In this document: piece by piece, positions 10,375 through 22,062 of the stretch
How the letters are laid out: each line of letters begins with the position of its first letter
How positions within the stretch are numbered: the stretch's first letter is position 1
Program-made: the position numbers and the translations under genes
NCBI RefSeq assembly: GCF_001272835.1
Contig: NZ_CP010546.1
Location: forward strand, 60,001 to 92,000
Direction: 5' to 3'
DNA from: Mycoplasmoides pneumoniae FH
GTDB lineage: Bacteria; Bacillota_I; Bacilli_A; Mycoplasmatales; Mycoplasmoidaceae
Length of the DNA stretch: 32,000 nucleotides
The notes under the pieces: generated by a model
Told to the model about the DNA's origin: nothing
The model's input: only the letters and a program-made list of their open reading frames with translations
Databases searched by the model: none

Positions 10375-12057
10375 TTGAACGAACGTTTTTTAATTGAAAT
10401 CGAAGGTTTAAACAAAACTTTCGATGATGGTTTTGTATCAGTACGTGATATTAACCTCAAAATTAAGAAGGGCGAATTTATTACGATTCTCGGTCCTTCT
10501 GGTTGTGGCAAAACAACTACTCTTAGGTTGTTAGCAGGTTTTGAAGATCCTACTTATGGCAAGATCAAAGTTAATGGTCTTGACATTAAAGACTTGCCCA
10601 TTCATAAGCGTCCCTTTGCTACTGTCTTCCAAGACTATGCCTTGTTTTCACACTTAACTGTGTACAAGAACATTGCTTATGGCTTGAAGGCAATGTACAC
10701 AAAGCTGGATCCGATTGATAAGCTAGTGGAACAATACCACCAAAGCTTACTGGACAAGCAACACCGCTTGCACAAGAGGATTGAACGCTTAGAAAAAAGT
10801 AATGCTAATCCACAACTGTTAGAACAACTTAAACAAACGGTTGTCGTTCAACAAAAACAGTTTAAACAACAAACAGAGACTTTTAAACAAAAGGAAAATG
10901 CTCGACGTGATGCCATTCAACAACGCTTGGTGCAACTTACCAAGGAATGGGAAAGCTTATCAAAGCAGAAGTTGCAACAATTAGAAGCGGAGAAAAAGTT
11001 GTTAGATAAAAAGTTTGAACAAACTGAGCGCAAATACCAAAAGGATGCTTGGATGGCAACCCACAGTGAAATGCGTTTAAAGCAGTTCAAACAAGAGGTG
11101 TTAGCTTTAAAACAACTAATTAAAACTAAGTTCAAACAAAATGAACCAGTTGACAAGTTGCAGTTAAAGCTGCAAACCTTAAAGCAAAAGTATGCTGCTA
11201 AAAGACAAATTGATAAGGAATACGATAAGTTGGTCTTAGCCTACAACAAGAAGGACTATTGAACTTCATACTGGGAAACCTATTCTTTACAACAACAAGA
11301 AGCCTTTGAAAAGCGTTACTTATCGCGCAAACTCACTAAACAAGAACAACACCAAAAGGTGTGTGCTGTAATTGAGTTAGTTGGTTTAAAGGGTAACGAG
11401 GACAAACTCCCAGAAGAATTGTCTGGGGGAATGAAGCAACGGGTAGCCTTAGCGCGTTCCTTGGTAATTGAACCAGACATTCTCTTATTGGATGAACCCT
11501 TGTCTGCTTTAGATGCTAAGGTACGTAAAAACTTGCAAAAGGAATTGCAAAAGATTCACCAACAAAGTGGTTTAACCTTTATCTTAGTTACTCACGACCA
11601 GGAAGAAGCCTTGGTCTTGTCCAACCGCATTGTGGTAATGAATGAGGGTAACATTCTCCAAGTTGGTAGTCCGGCTGATATTTACGATTCACCCAAAACC
11701 GAGTGGATTGCTAACTTCATTGGTCAAGCCAATATCTTTAAGGGTACTTACCTAGGTGACCTTAAGATTAAACTGCACAGCGGTGAAGTGATTAAAACTG
11801 ATGTGGACAATAACTATGTGGTTGGTAAGGAATACAAAATCCTAATTCGTCCCGAAGACTTTGACATTGTGCCCAAAAACAAAGGCTTCTTTAATGTTCG
11901 GGTAATTGATAAAACCTACAAAGGATTACTCTGAAAGATTACTACTAAGTTAGTTGATGACACCATAGTAGATCTAGAGAGTGTCAACGACATTGAGGTT
12001 GACAAAACCTTTGGGGTCACCTTTGATCCGATTGATGTTCACCTAATGGAGGTATAG
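10375..12057 (+). CDS. potA: Spermidine/putrescine-type ABC transporter ATP-binding protein PotA (560 aa) with large internal insertion; TTG start
   Basis: Walker [11 protein letters not shown]-loop [12 protein letters not shown], signature [15 protein letters not shown], Walker [14 protein letters not shown]. Joined ORFs 10375-11262 and 11359-11934 plus C-terminus through TGA to TAG 12055-12057. Confidence 0.95.
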
Positions 12058-12058
12058 G

Positions 12059-12919
12059 ATGAAACTATCGAAAAAATACCTCTTAGCTGTACCATTCTTT
12101 GTTTTAATGGTCATCTTCTTTGTAGTACCAATGGCATGGATTATTGTTAGTGGACTCCAAAATGAAAACGGTGCAAGTATAACGGAAAAGTACCAACCCT
12201 TAGTTGGTGGTTATTCTTTCTTTCAGAGTTTTTGAACTAGTCTGTGAACGGCGACTGTGACAGTACTAGTAGCCTTACTGGTTGCCTTTCCCTTTTGTTA
12301 CTTTTTATCACAAAGTAAAAACAAGGTATTCCGCAGTTTTGTGATTGCCTTAGCTACTGCTCCCATATGGAGTAGTTTTCTCATTAAGTTAATTGGGTTA
12401 AAAACACTGTTGGACTTAGTTTTGGGGTTAGCGTTGAACCGGGTGGGTGATAATAACCTCACCTTTGGTAGTGGTTATACCTTGATTGGGATGATCTACC
12501 TGTTCACCCCCTTCATGTTTTTACCACTTTACAACAACTTTTGTATCTTACCGAAAAACTTAATCTTAGCTAGTCAAGATTTGGGTTACAACTGGATTAC
12601 GAGTTTTATTAAGGTAGTTATTCCCTTTTCTAAAACTGCCATTCTGTCAGGGATTGCGTTAACTTTCTTTCCGTCTTTAACCTCGGTAGCGATTGCCCAG
12701 TTCTTGGACAACTCGAATCAAAATAACACCTTAGGTAACTATGTCTTTACTTTAGGTAACAATGGTTATGACAGTGCGATTGAGCGCGGCCGTGCTTCTG
12801 GTGCCATTATTATTGCGGCTTTAATTACCTTTGCCTTTTACTTTGTGGTGATCTTTGCTCCAAGAATAGTGCGCTTAATCCAGACTAAGTGTTTGGAATA
12901 CAGGAGGGTTAATGTTTAA
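12059..12919 (+). CDS. potB: Spermidine/putrescine-type ABC transporter permease PotB (286 aa)
   Basis: MKLSKKYLLAVPFFVLMVIFFVVPMAWIIVSG...; multispan hydrophobic protein with EAA-type loop (LGYNWITSFIKVVIPFSKTAILSGI); follows potA. Confidence 0.92.
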
Positions 12920-13772
12920 GATGAAAAGCTGTAAGTTATGACTACGGGGAAGTTTCTTTGTCATTGTCCTTGTTCTCATCTACCTCCCTTTAATAATAGT
13001 TGTCTTAGTTAGTTTTAACGGTTCTTCGACTAGGGGTAACATTGTCTTAGACTTTGGTAATGTTTTAAACCCTAACCCGGATGCCAAGTCAGCATATCTA
13101 AGATTAGGGGAAGCGGACTTTGCCATCCCTTTACTCAACTCTGTCATTATTGGCTTAATTACGGTCATTGTCTCGATCCCGATTGCCATCATGACTGCCT
13201 TTGCTTTATTGCGATCCAGGCAATGGCTCAATAAAACAGTCTTTGGGATTGCTAACTTTTCTCTAGCAACTCCCGATATTATTACCGGGATATCGCTAGT
13301 GTTGTTATTTGCCAACACCTGGTTGAGCTTTAACCAACAGTTAGGTTTCTTTACTATTATTAGTTCCCACATCTCCTTTTCGGTGCCTTATGCCTTGGTG
13401 TTAATTTACCCAAAGATGCAAAAGTTAAACCGTAACTTAATCCTAGCGAGTCAGGATTTGGGTTACTCACCCATTGCTACCTTCTTTCACATTACCTTAC
13501 CTTACTTACTACCGAGTATCTTGTCAGCCATTCTAGTAGTGTTTGCCACGAGCTTTGATGACTATGTGATTACTTCCTTAGTTCAAGGTTCAGTTAAAAC
13601 AGTCGCCAGTGAGCTCTATTCCTTTAGAAAGGGGATTAAGGCCTGAGCTATTGCCTTTGGTGCCATTTTAATCTTGGTCAGCATTCTAGCTGTCTTGCTA
13701 GTAACACTGCACAAGTACCTACGCTTTAAACATAAAGAAATGCTCCGTGTTAAACAATGAAAAAACAGTTAA
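12912..13772 (+). CDS. potC: Spermidine/putrescine-type ABC transporter permease PotC (286 aa)
   Basis: [36 protein letters not shown]...; EAA-type loop ([25 protein letters not shown]); aggagg SD upstream of ATG 12912; overlaps potB end. Start could instead be ATG 12921. Confidence 0.92.
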
Positions 13773-15214
13773 AGTATTGGTTTAGTCTAATGGGACTAAC
13801 CATGTCAGTTGGGTTAACTGCTTGTAGTTCCAACCAGTTTGTGTTTGCTAACTTTGAGTCGTATGTGTCGCCCTTACTTTTAGAAAGGGCAGAAGCCAAG
13901 CAACCAATGACCTTTCTTACTTATCCTACTAACGAAAAGTTAATTAACGGATTTGCTAACAATACCTATACGGTAGCAGTGGCCTCGAGTTATGCTGTGA
14001 GTGAACTGCAGCAACAAGGCCACTTACTACCAATTGATTGAGCTAAATTCAATTTAAAGAAAACCCAAAATGGTAGTAACCAAGCCACCATTCAAAACAA
14101 AGAGGATGCCAAAGAATTATTTACCAAAGAAATAGGCGACATTAGTGGTGAACTTTTAAACTGGGGTGTGCCCTACTTTTTACAAGACCTCGTGTTTGTT
14201 TACCGGGGCGAAAAGATTCAAGAACTTGAAGGTCAAGATGTTACTTGATCAACGATTATTAAAGCTATTGTTAATCACAAAGACCGCTTTAACAACAACC
14301 GTTTAGCCTTAATTGATGATGCTAGAACAATCTTTTCCTTAGCGAACGTCGTGCACCATGAGGTTAAGAATACCACGGTAGATGTTAATCCTACAGGTAG
14401 CACCTTAAACTACTTTGGCAACGTTTACGAAAGTTTTGCAAATTTAGGTCTAAAACGTGATAACCTCAACACGCTCTTTGTCAATTCGGACTCCAACATT
14501 ATTATTAATGAATTAGCTAATGGCAGAAGACAAGGTGGCATTGTTTACAATGGTGATGCCGTATATGCCGCTTTGGGCGGTGATCTCCGCGATGAAATTA
14601 ATGAGAATAACTTGCCCAACGGCGATAACTTCCACATTGTGCAACCGAAACACTCGCCTGTGGCCCTAGACTTTCTCATTATTAACCAGCAACAAACTCA
14701 CTTTAGAGATGCTGCACACCAGTTAATTTACCAGTTGGCCTTAGAAGGCGCTGATCAAACAGCAGAAGAATTATTAAAAACTGATGAAGAGAAAGGTACC
14801 AGTGATGAGGACTATTACACTTATGGTGCAATGCAGAATTTTAGTTACGTTAACTATGTTTCGCCTTTAAAGAATATTTCTGATGAAACCACTGGGATTG
14901 TGTTTAAGGAAAACAAACAAGCTGATACTAAGCGAGTTGTCAAACAACAAAGTCAATCAGAACAACAATCTGAATCAGCAGAAAAGGAAGAAACGGAACA
15001 AGATGATTTCTACACTGCTACTCTCAAAAGTTTGTTGAAAGCGGACAGTTTAGATGACAAAGCTAAGAAGTTAGTAGACACAATTAAAAAGACTTACAAG
15101 ATCAAAAAAGCCGACAATATTAATTGGGCTAACTTAATCGAGAAACCAATTACCCCATTACAAAGGAGTAATTTAACATTATCGTGGCTTGACTTTAAGC
15201 AACGCTTTTGATAA
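13757..15214 (+). CDS. PotD-like substrate-binding lipoprotein (485 aa; MG045-like)
   Basis: [62 protein letters not shown]; lipobox LTAC; position immediately after potC. TGA 15209-15211 read as Trp, TAA 15212-15214. Confidence 0.85.
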
Positions 15215-16173
15215 TGGAACAACCTTTGTGTATCTTGGGAATTGAAACCACTTGTGATGACACTAGCATAGGGGTAATCACTGAGAGTAAGGTACAAGCA
15301 CACATTGTTTTATCATCCGCCAAATTACACGCCCAAACTGGTGGCGTAGTGCCCGAAGTTGCAGCTAGGAGTCACGAACAAAACTTGCTTAAAGCACTGC
15401 AACAATCAGGGGTTGTTTTAGAACAAATTACTCACATTGCTTATGCCGCTAATCCGGGATTACCCGGTTGTCTGCATGTGGGAGCTACCTTTGCGCGCAG
15501 TTTAAGCTTCTTATTGGACAAACCCTTATTGCCCATCAACCACCTTTATGCCCACATCTTCTCGGCCTTAATTGACCAAGATATTAATCAGTTAAAACTC
15601 CCCGCTTTAGGCTTAGTGGTGTCCGGGGGGCACACTGCCATTTACCTAATTAAGTCCTTGTTTGACTTGGAGTTAATTGCTGAGACTAGCGATGATGCGA
15701 TTGGCGAAGTTTATGATAAGGTGGGCCGCGCTATGGGTTTTCCTTATCCAGCTGGACCCCAGTTAGATAGTTTGTTTCAACCGGAGTTAGTTAAGTCACA
15801 TTATTTCTTTCGTCCTTCCACGAAGTGAACGAAATTTTCCTACTCGGGGTTGAAGTCACAGTGTTTTACCAAGATTAAACAGTTAAGGGAAAGGAAAGGC
15901 TTTAATCCCCAAACCCACGATTGGAATGAGTTTGCTTCTAACTTCCAGGCCACCATTATTGATCACTACATCAATCATGTCAAGGATGCCATTCAGCAAC
16001 ACCAACCGCAAATGTTGCTGTTAGGTGGTGGGGTAAGTGCTAATAAATACTTAAGAGAACAGGTAACACAGTTACAGCTGCCTTACTTAATTGCGCCGCT
16101 CAAGTACACGAGCGATAACGGGGCGATGATTGGTTTTTATGCTAATCTTTTAATTAATGGCAAAAACAATTAA
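15214..16173 (+). CDS. tsaD: tRNA N6-threonylcarbamoyladenosine (t6A) transferase component TsaD (319 aa)
   Basis: [75 protein letters not shown]: diagnostic Gcp/Kae1/TsaD motifs. Confidence 0.97.
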
Positions 16174-17308
16174 ACATCCCCGATGGGGTAGATATGTAGC
16201 AGAAGCAGTTGGTCGTGGTCACCCCGATAAGATCTGTGACCAGATTGCGGACAGTATCTTAGATGAATGCATTAAGCAAAGTCCGACCAGTCACGTTGCT
16301 TGTGAGGTCTTTGCTTCCAAAAATCTGATTATGGTGGGCGGGGAAATCCTTACCACTGGTTATGTTGATGTGGTCCAAACCGGTTGAAAGGTATTAAATC
16401 GGTTGGGTTACACCGAAAATGACTTTAGCTTTTTGAGTTGTATTAACTCCCAGTCCAGTGAAATTAACCAAGCTGTGCAAAGTAATGACGAAATAGGCGC
16501 GGGCGACCAGGGCATTACCGTTGGTTATGCTTGTAGTGAAACCGAGCAATTAATGCCCTTAGGGAGTATCGTAGCGCAAGCGCTGGTGCAACGCGCTGCT
16601 CGTATCATTGACCAATACCCCTTCATTAAACACGACATGAAGAGTCAGGTAGTGCTCAACTATACTGGTAACAAAGTTCAATGTGAATCAGTTTTAATGT
16701 CGGTACAACATACTCAGGACGTAAGTTTAGACCAACTGCGCCAAACAATTATCAACCAAGTGATCCTCCCCGTATTAACGGAGTACGGTTTAAATGATCC
16801 TAAAATCAAACACCTAGTCAATCCCGGGGGTTCGTTTGTCGTTGGGGGCCCGATGGCCGATACGGGGTTAACCGGACGCAAGATTATTGTGGACACCTAT
16901 GGTCCGTACGCTAATCATGGTGGGGGGAGTTTTAGTGGTAAAGACCCTACCAAGGTCGACCGCACTGGAGCTTACTTTGCGCGCTTTATTGCTAAACACA
17001 TTGTTAGTTTGGGTTGAGCGGAAGAGTGTGAAGTGAGTATTAGCTGGGTCTTTTCCCAACCATTACCACAATCAATTCAGGTCAAATGCTTTAACATTAA
17101 TAAGGAATTTAGTGAACAATTAATAAACCAAGTTATAAGTCAATATTTCAATTGATCTGTTGCTAAAATTATTGCAAAGTTAAAACTCCTTGATCAAGTT
17201 GAGTACTTTAGGTATGCTGTTTACGGTCACTTTGGTCACCAAACAGCCCCTTGAGAACAACTAAGTGAACGTGACTCGCTGCAATGTTTAATCAAAAATT
17301 TCCAATAA
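16157..17308 (+). CDS. metK: S-adenosylmethionine synthetase (383 aa)
   Basis: [77 protein letters not shown]. Joined through TGA to TAA 17306-17308. Confidence 0.98.
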
Positions 17309-17565
17309 AAGCTCCTAAAGCACCATTTTTTAAAAAGAAAACACCACCAGTACCACCAAAGAATCCTGTGGTAACCAGCACTACCCCAGAACTCAAGAAA
17401 ACCAAAATTAAAAAAGTAAAGGAAGCAGGGGATACCAATCTTTGAGATAAGATTAAAGCAAAGGTAAAAAAACACCCTTACCTGTTTGCTGTTTTAGTGT
17501 CCTTTATTCTTTTAATTGCACTTTTAGGCTGATTATTTGCAATTCCGATTTCGCAAATTCCTTAA
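17284..17565 (+). CDS. Small proline-rich, Lys-rich protein with one C-terminal transmembrane segment (93 aa)
   Basis: ATG 17284 reads [93 protein letters not shown] to TAA. Overlaps metK by 25 nt in another frame; absent from the track because of TGA codons. Confidence 0.65.
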
Positions 17566-17595
17566 GCTGCAAAAAGATAAAAAAGCAATGTTCGC

Positions 17596-18948
17596 TTAAA
17601 AACCTAAGCCACCAAGTCCACCAAAGCCACTAAAGGGATTTTTACCACCTTTCAGCATCCGGCCCATTTCTGCTGTTTTCGTTTGCAGTTTACTCCACTC
17701 CTTCATTAGCTTATTGAGTTCATCCATTTTACGTCCCGAACCCTTAATGATGCGTTGTTTTCGCGATGGGTCACGATTAATTAATTTGGGGTGCCGGCGT
17801 TCTTCACGCGTCATTGAGTTAATTAATACCTTTCACAGTTTAACCTTGGCTTCAATGCTCTCTACATGATCATCCGATACCGTTAAGTTACCCGGGAGCA
17901 TCTTGACAATACTACTAACAGAACCCATTTGGTTCATCTGTTCCATGTAAAGCAACAGATCTTCCAGGTCCATCTTGCCCAAGAACATCTTGCTAACTGT
18001 TTTGGTTAAGCTCTGTTTGTCAAATACTTCTTCCACTTTTTCCACTAAGGTCATCACATCCCCTAAACCCAAGATCCGACTGGCAATCCGTTCTGGGTGA
18101 AATTGTTCTAGACCTGTGAGTTTTTCTGATGTCCCCATTAGTTTAATCGGAACTTCCAACAAACTCGTTAAGGACAAAGCCGCTCCAGCGCGGGCATCAC
18201 TGTCAAGCTTGGTAATAATAAAACCGGTGAGTTTTAAACGGTTATGAAACTCCTTGGCAACATTAATAATTTCCTGGCCACTTAAACCATCGACCACCAT
18301 TAGGATTTCATCGGGGTGGAGTTCGTTTTTAATTGCTACCAACTCATCCATTAATTCCTGATTAGTTTGTAACCGTCCCGCCGTGTCACAGATTATTGCT
18401 TGACAACCGCTTTCCTTAAAGGTCTTAACGGCCTCCTTGGTGGTTTGGTCGGGGGCTTGGGTACCCTTGGCAAAGAAGACAGACTCGGTTTGTTCGGCTA
18501 GGGTCGCTAACTGGTCAATCGCAGCGGGGCGGTAGATGTCTAGTGCCACTAACATCGCTTTTTGTTGAAACTGTTTTTTCAGTCACACCGCTAACTTCCC
18601 ACAGGTAGTGGTTTTACCTGAACCCTGTAAACCGACTACCATTACCTTAAGTGGACGTTTACTAGTGATTTCTTGGTTGGGTTGGCTCAAAATGTTGATT
18701 AACTCTTGTTTAATTACTTTGAGCAGTCACTTCTGTAAGTCCTGACCGGGTTCTACGGTTTGACCAACGGTTTGTTCGCGAATCGCCTTAATGAAGTTTT
18801 TGACCACCAACAGGTTCACGTCAGCGTCTAAAAGAGCAATCCGAATTTCCTTTAAAACGGCTTGGACATCGGTTTCACTGATCGTTTGCGCGTTGATCTT
18901 TTTTTGCATCGAGCGCATAACGATGCTCGAGATCATTGACTTAAACAT
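17596..18948 (-). CDS. ffh: Signal recognition particle GTPase Ffh (450 aa)
   Basis: MFKSMISSIVMRSMQKKINAQTISETDVQAVLKEIRIALLDADVNLLVVK, VALDIYRPAAIDQLATLA, CDTAGRL, TKLDSDARAGAALS, methionine-rich M domain, C-terminus GGKNPFSGFGGLGGLGF. Confidence 0.98.
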
Positions 18949-19003
18949 GGTGCTTTAATTATTTATTTTTTTATTATTTCTACGTATAGATAAAGCTAGT
19001 TTC
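18949..19003. promoter_or_regulatory. Short divergent intergenic region ffh/deoD
   Basis: 55 bp between divergent start codons containing AT-rich TACGTATAGATAAAG with a -10-like TATAGAT for deoD. Confidence 0.4.
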
Positions 19004-19720
19004 ATGACACCGCACATAAACGCAAAAAAAGATGACATTGCTAAGGTTGTTTTAATGCCCGGTGATCCCTTACGTGCTAAGTGGATTGCGGAACAATTTA
19101 TGGAAAAGCCCCGGCTCGTCAACGAAGTGCGGGGCATGTTAGCTTTTACCGGTCAGTATAAGGGTAAGACCATTACCATTATGGGCCATGGCATGGGGAT
19201 TCCCTCAATTGGGATTTATTCTTATGAACTGATGAAGTTCTATGAGGTTAATACCATTATCCGAATTGGTAGTTGCGGGGCGTTGCAAGATTCCTTAAAC
19301 CTCCAGGACCTCATTATTGCCGCTAAGGCTTGGAGTGAGTCGATTTACGCTAACGACATGGGTGTGGAAGTGCCAGCAGACAAGATCTTAATGGCCTCCC
19401 CGCAACTAGTAGAGTTAGCTAAAAAGACCGCTAACCAACTTCAACTGGCCTTCCATGAGGGCTTGGTGTTCTGTGAGGATGCCTTCCACCAAACCAGGAA
19501 AGACGTGTTAAAGCTAGCACAAGAAAAACACGCTTTAGCAGTGGAAATGGAAGCGCATGCTCTGTACGCTAATGCCATGCTGCTCAACAAGCAAGCGTTA
19601 ACGATGCTCACGGTGTCCGATTCTTTGGTAACCCATGCTGCTCTACCAGCGGAACAACGCCAAGCCACCTTTAAGAACATGGCTATCTTATCCTTGGAAA
19701 TGGCTAGCCAACTCGTTTAA
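19004..19720 (+). CDS. deoD: Purine-nucleoside phosphorylase DeoD-type (238 aa)
   Basis: MTPHINAKKDDIAKVVLMPGDPLRAKWIAEQFMEKPRLVNEVRGMLAFTGQYKG...HGMGIPSIGIYSYEL...VEMEAHALYANA. Confidence 0.98.
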   Translation: MTPHINAKKDDIAKVVLMPGDPLRAKWIAEQFMEKPRLVNEVRGMLAFTGQYKGKTITIMGHGMGIPSIGIYSYELMKFYEVNTIIRIGSCGALQDSLNLQDLIIAAKAWSESIYANDMGVEVPADKILMASPQLVELAKKTANQLQLAFHEGLVFCEDAFHQTRKDVLKLAQEKHALAVEMEAHALYANAMLLNKQALTMLTVSDSLVTHAALPAEQRQATFKNMAILSLEMASQLV

Positions 19721-19723
19721 ACA

Positions 19724-20398
19724 ATGAAATTAGAATACAACCGCATTATTGACAGTACACTACTTAAAGCTGATACCTTACCCCACGAAATTGATGCTTT
19801 ATGTGCTGATGCTCATAAGTACCAGTTTTACGCAGTTTGTGTCAATCCTAGCTATGTGCGGTATGCCAAAAATATCCTTAAGGGTACGGGGGTGAAACTG
19901 TGCACTGTCGTTGGTTTTCCCTTAGGACAAACAACACAACGCCAGAAGGTGTATGAAACTAAGATTGCCATTAAGGAAGGTGCGGATGAAATTGACATGG
20001 TAATGAACATTGCCGAGTTCAAAAAGCGCTGTGCCTGTGTCATTAGTGAAATAAGGGCAGTCAAAAAGGTTTGTGGTAAGCGAACGCTCAAAGTCATTAT
20101 TGAAACGGCTTTGTTAAACCAGGACGAAATTCGTGATGCCGTTAATGTCTGTATTGATGGTAACGCTGACTTTGTCAAAACTTCTACCGGGTTTTCCATG
20201 CGTGGTGCATCATTGGAAGATATCACAATTATGCGCGAAGCTAGTGGTAATCTCATTAAGATCAAAGCATCGGGTGGGGTTCAAACAGCGCAGCAATTCC
20301 TTGACTTCTTTAATGCTGGAGTTAGTCGGATTGGCACTTCCAATGCGGTCAAGATTATGGAAGAATTGCACAAACTAGAAAGCCATGAACATCGTTAA
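19724..20398 (+). CDS. deoC: Deoxyribose-phosphate aldolase (224 aa)
   Basis: [74 protein letters not shown]. Confidence 0.98.
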   Translation: MKLEYNRIIDSTLLKADTLPHEIDALCADAHKYQFYAVCVNPSYVRYAKNILKGTGVKLCTVVGFPLGQTTQRQKVYETKIAIKEGADEIDMVMNIAEFKKRCACVISEIRAVKKVCGKRTLKVIIETALLNQDEIRDAVNVCIDGNADFVKTSTGFSMRGASLEDITIMREASGNLIKIKASGGVQTAQQFLDFFNAGVSRIGTSNAVKIMEELHKLESHEHR

Positions 20399-21650
20399 CC
20401 TTATTAGTAAAAAGCAACGCGGCAAGGCGTTAACGGAAACAGAAATTAACTGGTTTGTCCATTCCGTTAATAACAAAAGCTTGGCCGATTATCAGGTCAG
20501 TGCCTTTTTAATGGCAGTGTGATTTCAGGGGATGAATTCCAAGGAGTTGTTTTGTCTCACCAAAGCGATGGTGAAATCAGGAGAGAGCCTCCACTTTAAC
20601 CACCACAGCAAGTTAAGTGTTGACAAACACTCCACTGGTGGTATTGGTGACAAGGTTTCCATTGCTTTAATTCCAATCTTAACTGCCTTAGATTACAGTG
20701 TCGCAAAACTGTCGGGTCGTGGTTTGGGCTACACTGGTGGCACAATTGACAAATTGGAAGCAGTGGGAGTAAAAACAGATTTTACACCAACAGAGGCGCA
20801 GAACTTACTAGACCAAAATGACTGCTTTATTATTGGTCAAAGTGAGGGCATTGCTCCCGTAGACAAGGTGTTGTATGCACTACGCGATACTACGGCAACT
20901 GTGGACAGTCTGCCCTTAATTGCTTCCAGTGTCATGTCGAAGAAGTTGGCAATTAACAACGACTACATCTTCATTGACCTTAAGTACGGTAAGGGCGCTT
21001 TCTGTAAAACGAAGACGATGGCTAAAGAGCTAGCGCAGTACATGTACAGTATTGCCAAGCAGTTTAAGCGCAAACTCTACATTAAACTAAGTGACATGAA
21101 CCAGGTTTTGGGTAAAACGATTGGTAATGCGTTAGAGGTCTTGGAAGTAGTGCACTTCTTAAAACGGAATTGAACTGAAGTGGGTGCTGACTTTATTCAG
21201 TTGATGGAGCAAATAGTCACTGAAATCCTTATAGAAACAAAACGTGCACCAAACAAACGGGCAGCTGTAGCACTTTACCACGCTACATTAGAGGGCGAAA
21301 AACCATGGCAGCGTTTTTTAAAATTTATTGAGCTGCAAGGTAGTAGTCGGGAACGTTTTTTGGATTTAAAAGAGCTGTTTAATCCCCAGTATAAAGCGCC
21401 AGTGTTAGCATCTCAAAGTGGTACTTTGAGCTATACCAGTCCGGTGGATTTAGCCATGGTCTCGATTAGCTTAGGTGCTGGTCGAATGGTTAAAACAGAT
21501 CTGATTGACCCAATGGCGGGGATTAAGTTAGTGAAACAAGCTAACGAAGTGGTAAAAGCTGGGGACACAGTCTTAGAACTTTACAGCTCCAAACCAATTA
21601 CGCCTGCCCACATAGAAGCTGCGCAGCACACCATTATTATTAAGCAGTAA
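20385..21650 (+). CDS. deoA: Thymidine/pyrimidine-nucleoside phosphorylase (421 aa)
   Basis: ATG 20385 overlapping the deoC end; [33 protein letters not shown]; joined ORFs 20532 and 21180 in the same frame through TGA. Confidence 0.97.
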
Positions 21651-21660
21651 ATAAACCTCA

Positions 21661-22062
21661 ATGAAAGTTGATTTAGATTGAGTCCACCACAAGTTACAGG
21701 AGGTGGTCAATCATGCCTACACGCCTTTTTCAAAGTTTAAGGTAGCTTGTATGTTGGTGGCCAATAACCAGGCATTTTATGGAGTCAATATTGAAAACGC
21801 TTCTTACCCAGTAACCCTGTGTGCGGAACGTAGTGCGATTGCTAACATGGTCACTAGTATCGGCAAGGCCACAATTGATTATGTCTTTGTGTACTTTGAC
21901 ACTAAAACTCCAACCAATTCACCTTGTGGCATGTGTCGGCAAAACATCTTTGAGTTTGCCACTGATAAGACCCAGTTATTCTGCATTGAGAAGGACAAGA
22001 GCTTTAAACAATTTACTATTCCCGAAATTTTAAAGGGAGGTTTTCGATCATATGAACAGTAA
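21661..22062 (+). CDS. cdd: Cytidine deaminase (133 aa)
   Basis: MKVDLDWVHHKLQEVVNHAYTPFSKFKVACML..NQAFYGVNIENASYPVTLCAERSAIANM..PCGMCRQNIFEF zinc-binding HAE/CAE and PCxxC motifs. Confidence 0.97.

Noticed and set aside
17236-17475. Minus-strand ORF MFFYLCFNLISKIGIPCFLYFFNFGF...
   Set aside because: Antisense to the metK-overlapping small ORF; hydrophobicity arises from the complementary Lys/Pro codons.
17596-17814. Track ORF labelled + strand (MTREERRHPKLIN...GGLGGLGF)
   Set aside because: The + strand at 17596 is ttaaaaacctaagcc, whose reverse complement encodes GLGF*. The ORF is on the minus strand and is the C-terminus of ffh, so the strand label is wrong.
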